A stretch of 64,000 bases of DNA from Candidatus Bathyarchaeota archaeon. Lineage in GTDB: Archaea > Thermoproteota > Bathyarchaeia > Bathyarchaeales > Bathycorpusculaceae. The translations under genes and the position numbers were made by a program. Location of the stretch: the NCBI GenBank assembly GCA_030672475.1, contig DAOVGI010000013.1:1709-65708 (forward strand). The letters run 5' to 3'. How positions within the stretch are numbered: position 1 is the first letter of the stretch; each line of letters starts with the position of its first letter. This document shows positions 29,627 through 38,409 of this stretch, piece after piece. The notes beneath the pieces were generated by a model. The model had not been told where the DNA came from, ran no database searches, and saw only the letters and a list, made by a program, of their open reading frames with translations.

Positions 29627-30199
29627 TTGAAATGGTTCAAGGCCGCTGCACAAGAAATCGTTCAGGATATAGAACATTCAATGGAAGAGCTTAACATAGA
29701 AGAAGTTGAAAAACTCATCCGACTTCTGCTTGAGGCGAAGAAAAAGAAGATTTTCATTGTGGGTATGGGAAGAAGCGGATTCGTCGGCAGATCCTTCGCC
29801 TTACGCTTGATGAATCTTGGCTTTAACGTCTATTTCATAGGTGAAAACATAACGCCAGCCGCGGAAAAAGAAGACCTGCTAATCGCTATTTCCGGCACGG
29901 AAGCCAAAAAAACGGTTTTAACTGCAAGCGCTGCCGCAAAGGAGATTGGAGCAACAGTGATTGCCATAACCTCATTTCCAGATTCACCTTTAGGAGATAT
30001 AGTCGAACACATTGTGACTGTTAAGGGTAGAACAAAAATGGATTGGCCTAGAGAGAAACATTACCTAGCCAGACAGCTTATAGGTGAACGAGAATCCCTA
30101 ACCCCTATAGGAAGCATTTTTGAGAATAACTGCATGGTCCTTCTTGATAGTTTAATTGTAGAGTTGATGCATCGACTGGAACAACTGAAGAGTATTTAA
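29627..30199 (+). CDS. 6-phospho-3-hexuloisomerase (SIS domain)
   Basis: 190-aa ORF with the SIS motif IFIVGMGRSGFVGRSFALRLMNLG and LLIAISGTEAKK. Confidence 0.75.
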   Translation: MKWFKAAAQEIVQDIEHSMEELNIEEVEKLIRLLLEAKKKKIFIVGMGRSGFVGRSFALRLMNLGFNVYFIGENITPAAEKEDLLIAISGTEAKKTVLTASAAAKEIGATVIAITSFPDSPLGDIVEHIVTVKGRTKMDWPREKHYLARQLIGERESLTPIGSIFENNCMVLLDSLIVELMHRLEQLKSI

Positions 30200-30237
30200 A
30201 GTAGAGATACGCAACAATAGAGTAAGAACTCCGGGGC

Positions 30238-30324
30238 GTGCAAGATATTCGTGCGAAATGGAAAAAGAAGAAGATGCGTCGAGAGAAGAAGAAAAGAAAA
30301 AAAAGACGGGCAAGATACAAATGA
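30238..30324 (+). CDS. rpl41e: Ribosomal protein eL41 (L41e) micro-ORF, not in the ORF track
   Basis: Hand translation from the GTG at 30238 gives (M)QDIRAKWKKKKMRREKKKRKKRRARYK followed by a stop. The last 25 residues align without gaps, end to end, with eukaryotic eL41 as I remember it ([25 protein letters not shown]). A TATTTAAA box lies at 30193-30200. Confidence 0.65.
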   Translation: MQDIRAKWKKKKMRREKKKRKKRRARYK

Positions 30325-30765
30325 GCCTATCATGATACAGATCTTTTTGATAATTTCTTCTCGATTTCTCTGCGCATTTATACCTTGAGAATTGACGCTC
30401 CACGGTAACCACGATACTCACACTTCCAAATGAATAAAGTTGTGGCATATCATAAGCTAAGAGCAAACCAATTGAACAGGACTTCGGCAAAAACACTCAC
30501 TTTACTGTTAGATTTTCTCTTGATCCAGGAATATTTTGGCTCAAGAACGCATTTAACTCTGTTCGTTTTGTTTCTATGTTCAGGAACTAAACCACTATAG
30601 GATATTCACGTTTTCTTTTTGCTGAGGCTGGCAGCTCTTAAGGGTTAAGGTTAAGCGTGGTAAAGATTAAACGTGCATATAACTTATTAAGACTCCAGAC
30701 ACACTATATTGTGGCTTCGCAGCGCACTCACGCAAATCACAATTGAACATCAACGGTGAAAATAA

Positions 30766-32316
30766 ATGCCCAAAGCTCTCAAAACAGTGGAAAAACCAGA
30801 AGTAGGTATACTTGTAGAAGGAGTTAATAGGAAACCAGCACGGGCAAGAGAAGTCTATCCTATACAAGAACCTTACGTATATGCGGCAATAATCAAAGAT
30901 CCAAAAACACAAAAAATAATGTACGAAATCATAGAGCCAACACTGCAAAAAAAAGACAATGAACTGCTAAAAGAAGTAAAAAAGCTCTTGATGGAAGAAG
31001 TAGACGTAAACCTGAAGGAAATAGAAACCAAGAAGAAAGCAGAAAAATATCTGGAAAAAAAAACCAAGGAAACAATCAAAAAATACCACATAAAAGTTCT
31101 GCCTAAGGCAGTTGATAAACTTACATACTACATAACACGTGACTTCCTTGGCTATGGAAAAATAGACTCTTTAATGAAAGATCATCTAATAGAAGATATA
31201 TCAGCAGACGGTGTAAACATACCGCTCTACGTATGGCACAGAGTATACGAGTCGCTACCAACAAACATAGTGTTCAAAGATGAAGATGAACTAAACTCAT
31301 TCATAATTCGATTGGCATATTTAGCAGGAAAAAATATCTCCATAGCCTCTCCAATTCTAGACGCTTCGCTTCCCGATGGAAGCCGTATACAACTGACATA
31401 CGGAAATGAGATTACAAGAAGAGGCTCAACATTCACAATTCGACGCTTCAAAGTTGATCCACTGACAATTTCAGATTTAATAGCATTCAATACGGTTTCC
31501 TCAGAAATGGCAGCGTACTTATGGTATGTTATCGAAAATAGAGCTTCAGTTATCGTAGCCGGTGGTGTTGCCGCTGGAAAAACGACGATGTTGAATTGTT
31601 TGTCCATGTTCATCAAGCCTGAGATGAAGATCGTAAGTGTAGAAGACACACATGAACTTAATCTTCCACATGAGAACTGGATACCATCAGTTGTGAGATT
31701 AGGCTTTAAACAGGAAAATGAAAAGGGTGGCAGCATCACTCTTTTCGATCTATTGAAAGCTGCTGTCAGACAAAGACCAGATTACATTATTGTAGGTGAA
31801 GTTCGCGGGGAAGAAGCCTACACACTTTTTCAAGCAATGGCGACGGGCCATCTTGGAATGAGCACCATACACGCAGAATCAGTTGAAGCTGTTATAAACC
31901 GTTTGGAGTCCGAACCTATGAATATTCCGAGACCACTCATATCAATGATAGATGTTACAATGATCGTGGCGAGAACAGAAATGGAAGGAAAACCAGCAAG
32001 AAGAGTAATCACAACAACAGAAGTTTTAGAGCTTGACCGAGAAACGAAGATTATACCAACCGAAGAGGTCTTCAACTGGAAATCAAGAAAGGACAAGTTT
32101 GTCTTCTCTGGTCACAGCAGCCTTTTGGAGAGACATATGAAAAAATCAGGCCTTACTCAAGAAAAAGTTAGACGTGAGTTGAACTGCAGAAAAACCGTTT
32201 TGGAATGGATGGTTCAAAAGGGCATTCGCCGCTATACGGACGTTGCAGACGTGATTCGCGAATATTACGCTAACAAAAAACGCGTTTACCAGAAAGCCAG
32301 AGTGGGCCTGAAATGA
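30766..32316 (+). CDS. Type II/IV secretion-family ATPase (FlaI/ArlI / PilB / VirB11-like) of an archaeal type IV pilus-like system
   Basis: 516-aa ORF with Walker A GGVAAGKTTML, Walker B/Asp box DYIIVGEVRGEEA and His box GHLGMSTIHA. Confidence 0.9.
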   Translation: MPKALKTVEKPEVGILVEGVNRKPARAREVYPIQEPYVYAAIIKDPKTQKIMYEIIEPTLQKKDNELLKEVKKLLMEEVDVNLKEIETKKKAEKYLEKKTKETIKKYHIKVLPKAVDKLTYYITRDFLGYGKIDSLMKDHLIEDISADGVNIPLYVWHRVYESLPTNIVFKDEDELNSFIIRLAYLAGKNISIASPILDASLPDGSRIQLTYGNEITRRGSTFTIRRFKVDPLTISDLIAFNTVSSEMAAYLWYVIENRASVIVAGGVAAGKTTMLNCLSMFIKPEMKIVSVEDTHELNLPHENWIPSVVRLGFKQENEKGGSITLFDLLKAAVRQRPDYIIVGEVRGEEAYTLFQAMATGHLGMSTIHAESVEAVINRLESEPMNIPRPLISMIDVTMIVARTEMEGKPARRVITTTEVLELDRETKIIPTEEVFNWKSRKDKFVFSGHSSLLERHMKKSGLTQEKVRRELNCRKTVLEWMVQKGIRRYTDVADVIREYYANKKRVYQKARVGLK

Positions 32317-33290
32317 AAAAAAGTAGTGTCCCAGAGCAAGTCAAGAGACTTTTCAAATGTCTCAAAACGAAATTCAAACCAAAAACGTCAATAAAAGCGT
32401 TCAAGCCTGCGCGTGAAAACCCTTATTCTACAGCGTACCAGCTTATTGGAGAAAAAACTGGTCGTATTCTACCGCTTTTCAGGGATTTGGAATTGAACCT
32501 GCAGAAAGCTGGGTTGAAGACAAGTTTTAGAGCTTACGTTAGCCTAACAGTATTTGCTACGATTTTGATTTCACTCATTACGTGCATCTTTATTCCATGT
32601 TTGGTTGCTTTCGTCTTTAACGTACCGTTTCTACCAGCAGTTCTATTTGGTGTTGGCGGGGGTCTCTTTGCGATTGCATTTTCAACAATTGGATTCTACG
32701 TTTACCCAATTTATCGTGCGGACAAACTCAAAAGAGAATTGGAGGACGAGTTGCCATTCACAACTAGCTACATGGCCATTCTCGCAAGTGCTGGTGTTAC
32801 CCCAGAAAAAATCTTTTACTCAATATCAAATCTCAGCGTTCCTTTGACTGTTTCGAAGGAAGCTGAAAATGTTGTCAGAGACGTAAACCTCTTTGGTTTA
32901 GACATAATCTCTGCTTTGAAGAAAACTTCGAAACGAACTCCTTCTAAGAGGTTTCGTGAAATGTTGGAGGGTTTTATCTCAACAATTCATTCAGGCGGAA
33001 ACCTAGCAGCTTATCTTCGTGAACAGTCTGGGCAGTACATGAAACTGAAGAAAATAAGCCTGCACACATTTTCTGACACATTGTCTATTTTATCAGAGTT
33101 CTACGTAGCTTTGCTTGTCACAGGGCCTTTACTTCTTGTTATCATGCTTGCGGTTATAATCATGCTTGGCGGTGGCAACGTAGGCATCTTGAACCCAGAC
33201 CTTCTACTCAGCATGCTCACTTATCTTGGAATACCACTTGGATCCGTAGTCTTCCTGATAATTTTGGATGCTATTTCGCCTAAATGGTAA
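32313..33290 (+). CDS. Pilus platform membrane protein, N-terminal half (FlaJ/TadC / T2SS-F-like)
   Basis: 325-aa polytopic ORF overlapping the ATPase gene by 4 nt. It ends at a TAA that is in frame with the next ORF. Confidence 0.75.
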   Translation: MKKSSVPEQVKRLFKCLKTKFKPKTSIKAFKPARENPYSTAYQLIGEKTGRILPLFRDLELNLQKAGLKTSFRAYVSLTVFATILISLITCIFIPCLVAFVFNVPFLPAVLFGVGGGLFAIAFSTIGFYVYPIYRADKLKRELEDELPFTTSYMAILASAGVTPEKIFYSISNLSVPLTVSKEAENVVRDVNLFGLDIISALKKTSKRTPSKRFREMLEGFISTIHSGGNLAAYLREQSGQYMKLKKISLHTFSDTLSILSEFYVALLVTGPLLLVIMLAVIIMLGGGNVGILNPDLLLSMLTYLGIPLGSVVFLIILDAISPKW

Positions 33291-33296
33291 CGAAAA

Positions 33297-34112
33297 ATGC
33301 TGAAAGTACAGAAACACATGAAAAAAACTGTGTGGATTTCGTCGGTTTCGTTAGCTGTGATTATGACGTTGTTTGCCTACTTCATGTTTTTCGGAACTGC
33401 AGCATTTGACGAAATTGTGTTCTTTGCTCTTATGACGGCTCTTTTCCCTCCAACGATCATGAATTACCTAGATTACAAATGGAGAAAAGCCGTAGACGAG
33501 CATTTACCAGATCTTTTTAGAAGCATAGTTCAAGCCCAAGAGACCGGCATGACTCTTCCCAAAGCCTTAGAGGAGGCTTCCAAGAGAGATTATGGGCCAC
33601 TTACAATTGAATTGAGAAAAATGACTGCGCAAATTTCTTGGGGAATGACTTTTGAGGGGGCTCTTATGACTTTGGGAAGACGCGTTAACACTGTGCTCAT
33701 TCAGAGAACTGTTCCAATGATAATTGAGGCGAGCCGTGCAGGCGGACATGTGGAACGAGTTTTTGATCCAATGGGCAAGTTTATACAAACGACACTTCTG
33801 CTCGATAAGGAGCGTCGAAACCAGACAAGACCATACATTGCAATAATTTACGTGGCCTTTTTTGTGTTCTTGTTGACAATCATACTGCTTTTCAATTCAT
33901 TCTTCGTCAGCATAGAAGGCTTGCCAATCCTTGGTTCGGCAGTGATGGCGCCTGAAGATATGCAACGAACATTTTTTCATATGACGGCAATTCAAGCTTT
34001 TTTCGGTGGACTTGTTGCTGGAAAAATGGGTGAAGGAACCATGAATGCTGGGTTAAAACACAGTTTGATCCTTATGCTCAGCGGGTATGTAGCCCTAAAG
34101 CTTTTCTTGTGA
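33297..34112 (+). CDS. Pilus platform membrane protein, C-terminal half (FlaJ/TadC / T2SS-F-like)
   Basis: 271-aa polytopic ORF in the same frame as 32313..33290, starting two codons after that ORF's stop. Confidence 0.75.
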   Translation: MLKVQKHMKKTVWISSVSLAVIMTLFAYFMFFGTAAFDEIVFFALMTALFPPTIMNYLDYKWRKAVDEHLPDLFRSIVQAQETGMTLPKALEEASKRDYGPLTIELRKMTAQISWGMTFEGALMTLGRRVNTVLIQRTVPMIIEASRAGGHVERVFDPMGKFIQTTLLLDKERRNQTRPYIAIIYVAFFVFLLTIILLFNSFFVSIEGLPILGSAVMAPEDMQRTFFHMTAIQAFFGGLVAGKMGEGTMNAGLKHSLILMLSGYVALKLFL

Positions 34113-34122
34113 GGAGAAGAAA

Positions 34123-34539
34123 ATGGCGAAAAAGTTTAGGTGTTTCCATGACAAGCGGGGTATAACCCCTGTTTTGAGCAACCTTTTGCTTACGGTGGTG
34201 GCTGTAACTGCAATGTCAATCGCTACAACTGCTACGTATGTGATTACAAATAATCTGCGGGAAACCATGAGCGAACGCATTATCATAGAGGATTTATGGT
34301 TCAATAATTCAACCGGAAGCATTAGCATTTATCTTCGCAACATCGGGAAAGTTGCTGTTCACGTGTCATCTATCTACGTCAACCACACTGCTCAAGCTTT
34401 CAAGAAGCCTTTCAGTTTGGAGATAGGTAAGCATGGCTGGCTTAACGTCTCATACAGCTGGGTTTTAGGTGAACTGCATTATATAGACGTTGTTACAACT
34501 AGGGGGACACATGTTGGAGGGTATTATAAAGCGCTTTAG
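34123..34539 (+). CDS. Archaeal type IV pilin-like protein (class III signal peptide)
   Basis: 138-aa ORF. The N-terminus KRG/ITPVLSNLLLTVVAVTAMSIA matches the archaeal prepilin pattern of a basic residue, Gly and then a hydrophobic helix. A beta-rich C-terminal domain ends in VVTTRGT. Confidence 0.7.
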   Translation: MAKKFRCFHDKRGITPVLSNLLLTVVAVTAMSIATTATYVITNNLRETMSERIIIEDLWFNNSTGSISIYLRNIGKVAVHVSSIYVNHTAQAFKKPFSLEIGKHGWLNVSYSWVLGELHYIDVVTTRGTHVGGYYKAL

Positions 34540-35434
34540 GCAAGGCAATCACGGAATAAGCAGCATAATAGTTATCATGTTAAGTTTAATTCTTATAGTA
34601 GTGGTGGTTGCCAATGTTGTACTCTGGGGTTACGAAATGAACCAGTTAGACTGGGAAAGAATGCAAGAAAAGATCGAAGTAACCGACGCAAAATGCGAAA
34701 GATTCGTTTCAGCTTGGCTTGTGGTGGACACTGAATATGCAATATATGTCGGTAGTCGTGTGAGTGGTTCTTATCTGAACACTCACTCCATTGAAGATGG
34801 AATCTGGGAGACGTTTCAGGAAGAACTTTCACCTGCTCCAGAGAGATACAGACTCTTCATCAATGGGAATTTTTCTATTGACATCAGCAGTTATCCCTTG
34901 AATACGATTGAAACGGTTGAGATTTTACTGAAATATAATGTCAGTGACACAGAGGAAAAATGGTACTTGAAGGCATACAATTGGACAGCTCAAGAATACA
35001 GCCATAACGGATTCAATAACACCTCGGGGAATCAACCCTCTATATCTGGTGCATGGATTCACTATACTGTTAATCTGACAGACACATGGCGAAGCTATGT
35101 TAATGATAATGGCGTCATACTCGTACAACTCCATGAAGGAACTCTGGAGCTACCATCCGGAACTCAAACAAGAATTGGCGTAGATTTTCTCGGCATACGC
35201 ATCAAAGGTGATTGGACGAGTTTCACTTTCAGTAATGAAGGCTCCTTGACTGCGCATATTGTTTCACTCTGGATCATCAATTCCAGCCACCACACGCGTT
35301 ATAATATCGATTTTTTCGTGAACTCCGGAGAAAGCACGACATACGCTCGACCAGATGTATGTCTTCCACCTGAAGACTTCTTGGTCAAGATTGTAACGGA
35401 AAGAGGAAATACAGCAGTGTTTGCAAGTCATTAG
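34511..35434 (+). CDS. Large pilin-like protein (class III signal-peptide-like N-terminus)
   Basis: The start is taken at the ATG at 34511, which follows GGGGGA. The N-terminus reads RQGNHG/ISSIIVIMLSLILIVVVVANV. The C-terminal motif IVTERGNT parallels VVTTRGT in the neighbouring pilin. Confidence 0.6.
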   Translation: MLEGIIKRFRQGNHGISSIIVIMLSLILIVVVVANVVLWGYEMNQLDWERMQEKIEVTDAKCERFVSAWLVVDTEYAIYVGSRVSGSYLNTHSIEDGIWETFQEELSPAPERYRLFINGNFSIDISSYPLNTIETVEILLKYNVSDTEEKWYLKAYNWTAQEYSHNGFNNTSGNQPSISGAWIHYTVNLTDTWRSYVNDNGVILVQLHEGTLELPSGTQTRIGVDFLGIRIKGDWTSFTFSNEGSLTAHIVSLWIINSSHHTRYNIDFFVNSGESTTYARPDVCLPPEDFLVKIVTERGNTAVFASH

Positions 35435-35462
35435 ATTGACAATTGCCCTTACACATTTCCAC

Positions 35463-36497
35463 TTACTTTTGCTTAAGCAATTTGTCTTTTAAAGCTTCTA
35501 CCGCTTCTTTCTCGTTTTTTGCCTCCACTATGTTAATATTGTATAATTCTGCCATTTTCTTTCCATTTTCGCTCATTTTCGGAATTGCAATTAAGTAGGC
35601 ACTGTCCGGTGAAACATCAAATATCTTGGCGAACAGTGCGATTACCGGCTGCTCTGGCACGGCATTTTCTGTTGAAGATGCCAAGTCGATTACTGTTACT
35701 TTTCTTGTCATGTCTCCTGTGTAGGCTGCCATGTCAAACATATGGTTTGCGTCGGATTTGCCCTTAAGAAAGGCAGGGCTTTCAACATGAAATCCATTTT
35801 CTTGCAGAAACTTCATTATGGACGCAATTATAACCCAGCCCACTGCAGCTTCTTCTCTAGCTTCTTCTCTTAAGCTGTAGGCGTAAACTTCCTTTATCAC
35901 TGCGTCTTCGAAAGTTGAATTCACATGACACTCTCTACAGAAATGCGTAGTAATAGGAATGTCAAAGCTTTTGCTGCAGTTCTTGCAGGTGCACCATATT
36001 CCAGCCCGTCTGTAATCGACATCAAGCTTCCTCAATTCCTCGTTACATTTTGGACAGATGAGTTTTTTTCCCTTCTGAAAGTTCTCCTCTACATCCATGT
36101 ATCCACATTTAACGTGTTCAATTAAGGAGCTTTTCTGGATGTTAAATGACTTGCAGTATGGACAACAATAACGAACAGAAATGTTCGTGGACCCACACTT
36201 GGGACAATATATGACCTTATCGTAGAGCCTTATTTCCAATATTCCGGCTTCACAAAGCGTGTTCAAGAAATCTTCCACATTTGAATGATCACCAATTATC
36301 TTCTCAACAATTGGATACCGATAACCCCATTTAGGATCATAAACTGGTTCAAGCTCGCTTATTTCTCCACCTAGAAATTTACTCAGAAAAGCTTGCGTAT
36401 TGCGGTCTTTTAGGAGTTCCGCTCGGTTTATTTTGTTTGTCTTAGGCATCATCTTTCCAAGCCGTTTTCTATGTGTAAACAACATTGAATATTCCAA
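35463..36497 (-). CDS. Multi-zinc-ribbon protein with a distinct C-terminal alpha/beta domain (TackOD1-like by memory), possible regulator
   Basis: 344-aa ORF with five CxxC pairs in about 100 residues: CPKC, CPYC, CPKC, CKNC and CREC. The C-terminal domain reads GKSDANHMFDMAAY...VTVIDLASS...AYLIAIPKMSENGKKMAELYNINIVEA. Confidence 0.5.
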   Translation of the reverse strand: MEYSMLFTHRKRLGKMMPKTNKINRAELLKDRNTQAFLSKFLGGEISELEPVYDPKWGYRYPIVEKIIGDHSNVEDFLNTLCEAGILEIRLYDKVIYCPKCGSTNISVRYCCPYCKSFNIQKSSLIEHVKCGYMDVEENFQKGKKLICPKCNEELRKLDVDYRRAGIWCTCKNCSKSFDIPITTHFCRECHVNSTFEDAVIKEVYAYSLREEAREEAAVGWVIIASIMKFLQENGFHVESPAFLKGKSDANHMFDMAAYTGDMTRKVTVIDLASSTENAVPEQPVIALFAKIFDVSPDSAYLIAIPKMSENGKKMAELYNINIVEAKNEKEAVEALKDKLLKQK

Positions 36498-37008
36498 AGA
36501 CAGGATATTTAATTGTTTTCAAAACTGATAACCGGTCTATACTCGATAGTCTCAGGACTTCCGAAAAATTCTCAAATTATGTCAAACATTTGATTTACAG
36601 AAGTTACAGGAAACAGATTCGCCATCAAAACGTCTCTTAAATCGTACAAGATCCTGTTTTAGCTTTAGAGTACAACGTGGCAGTTGTTTGTTCCAACTGA
36701 TCATTCTTTTGTGCAATGTAGATTTGGGATTGTCTTAAGCGTTGACATCAGTTTTCCATACTACAACATTGAATATCCACTTTGATGTGCTTAACGCGTT
36801 TTAAAACATCTGCAGAATGGCCTGTTTCTAAGAATGGAAAGCTCCATTGCGTACAGAGCCTGCAAAAATCCAAACAAAGTGTTTCCTCTGAAATGAAGAG
36901 CTAAAGGCTTCAAGATGCAGAATCAAAAGTCGATGCATAGTCACATTTTTTAATGTGAACTGTCATATTCCAAGCACAACAAAAAATCATGAAACATGAC
37001 ATTCAACG

Positions 37009-37908
37009 GTGAGTAGGTTGTCAACAAGAAAACCTGCAAAACGTTTGATCATTCAATGGACAACATTCAAAGGTTTTGCGGCAATACTCCTATTCCTGAT
37101 CGTGGTCACGCTTGTCGAGTATCTTATTGTCCTTCATGCAACAAACCTTGGCGTTGAAGATGAAACGTTGTTGCAGGGAAGCTTCCGGTTTCCAGGTACC
37201 GATTGGACTGTAACAGTGACAATTAGTCCGTTGTTCCATCTTGTTCCAACCGCAGTGATAATTGCACTTGTATGTAGCTGGACATGTCTGACTAGGTACG
37301 TTGCGATAAAGCCACACGAAAGATCGAAAGGAAAGATTAAACCTGCTGCCAAGCAAGGGAAAGAACGGCAGTTCAAAGGGATGAACAGACTAGCATTAAG
37401 AATAGGAGATCTCTTTGTTAAAGCAAAGTCCGAGTTATCAAAGATTAGAAGCGTCACGTACCTCTGGCAGAAAATACATTTTGCAAGAGCATCAATAAAA
37501 AGTGCCTTAACACTAACAATAGTCTTCGGAGGATTAATTCTTCTTGTCTCTCTCTTGACATACCCACAATTAATCTATTGGACAGCGTCAAACGCCTACC
37601 ATAGTAACCCTTCCTTACTTAGCTTTGCTAAATCAGTAGGTAGTTTTGGAAGGCGTATCGCAGGAGCATTAGCGCCTATTGGTTGGATATGCCTCGTCGT
37701 GAACAACGCTTTGCTGTCTGTTGCACCAAGTCTCAGAGATTTCATCCTTAGTCTTGGAGGCTTTACGAAACCGTTGGTCGAATTAGATGATGTTGGAAAA
37801 TACTTAGTTTTCCAAAACGTTGCCACATGGATCACTGCTTTGACAGCCCTCCTTTACGGAGGATTTAAACGAAAAAGTTATCGATACAAGAAAGGTCGAA
37901 GACACTAG
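37009..37908 (+). CDS. Polytopic membrane protein, unknown family
   Basis: 299-aa ORF with several hydrophobic helices, a basic loop and a basic tail. Confidence 0.5.
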   Translation: MSRLSTRKPAKRLIIQWTTFKGFAAILLFLIVVTLVEYLIVLHATNLGVEDETLLQGSFRFPGTDWTVTVTISPLFHLVPTAVIIALVCSWTCLTRYVAIKPHERSKGKIKPAAKQGKERQFKGMNRLALRIGDLFVKAKSELSKIRSVTYLWQKIHFARASIKSALTLTIVFGGLILLVSLLTYPQLIYWTASNAYHSNPSLLSFAKSVGSFGRRIAGALAPIGWICLVVNNALLSVAPSLRDFILSLGGFTKPLVELDDVGKYLVFQNVATWITALTALLYGGFKRKSYRYKKGRRH

Positions 37909-38052
37909 AACGCTTCAAACTGGTTGACCGCCCAAAAAATAGTTCAGTTTATACCCCCGGGATCTGTGGTGATGAAGGTGACTTTGTTCGACCTATACAT
38001 TAAGGGCTAGAACATCCCCCCTAATGGCATAAGACGCGACAAGGGCATTATT

Positions 38053-38409
38053 CTAACTCTCAAAGGTCTTTCTTTTTACAGCAATGTATATCGTGAAATA
38101 CCACGTGAGAATAAAAAAGGTAATCATGCTTATATCAAGAAGCAAATTCTCCTTAAAGACAGAGTAAAACGTGTAAGTCGAAAAAGTTATGGCTGTGAAA
38201 AAGAGAGCGACGACAACCCATAAAGTCCAGATCCTACTTTTGAATAAGCCGTAGGCAGTTGTTAGACTTAATATGCCGATTATACCGATGTGAATCAGGC
38301 GGAAATCCATCACTAATATAGCAGAACATACTATTCCAACAACAGCATAAAACATGAAAGCCACAAGCATACCAACGCTTTTCACCTTGAATTTCGACTT
38401 AAGCAACAT
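38053..38409 (-). CDS. Small membrane protein (about 4 TM), unknown family
   Basis: 118-aa hydrophobic ORF. Confidence 0.5.
   Translation of the reverse strand: MLLKSKFKVKSVGMLVAFMFYAVVGIVCSAILVMDFRLIHIGIIGILSLTTAYGLFKSRIWTLWVVVALFFTAITFSTYTFYSVFKENLLLDISMITFFILTWYFTIYIAVKRKTFES

Noticed and set aside
30152-30496. 114-aa minus-strand ORF (and 30105..30320)
   Set aside because: It runs antisense through the purine-rich eL41 micro-ORF and into the hexuloisomerase gene. Its poly-Phe/Ser product is simply the complement of the Lys/Arg codons.
36582-36704. 40-codon minus-strand ORF (MISWNKQLPRCTLKLKQDLVRFKRRFDGESVSCNFCKSNV) upstream of the multi-zinc-ribbon gene
   Set aside because: It has only three Cys residues, no clear ribosome-binding site and no recognisable family. 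It is kept only as a note inside the gap finding.
37960-38035. Possible C/D-box sRNA: GTGATGA flanked by a GGGAT...ATCCC terminal pairing
   Set aside because: There is no CTGA D box and no internal C-prime/D-prime boxes at the expected spacing.
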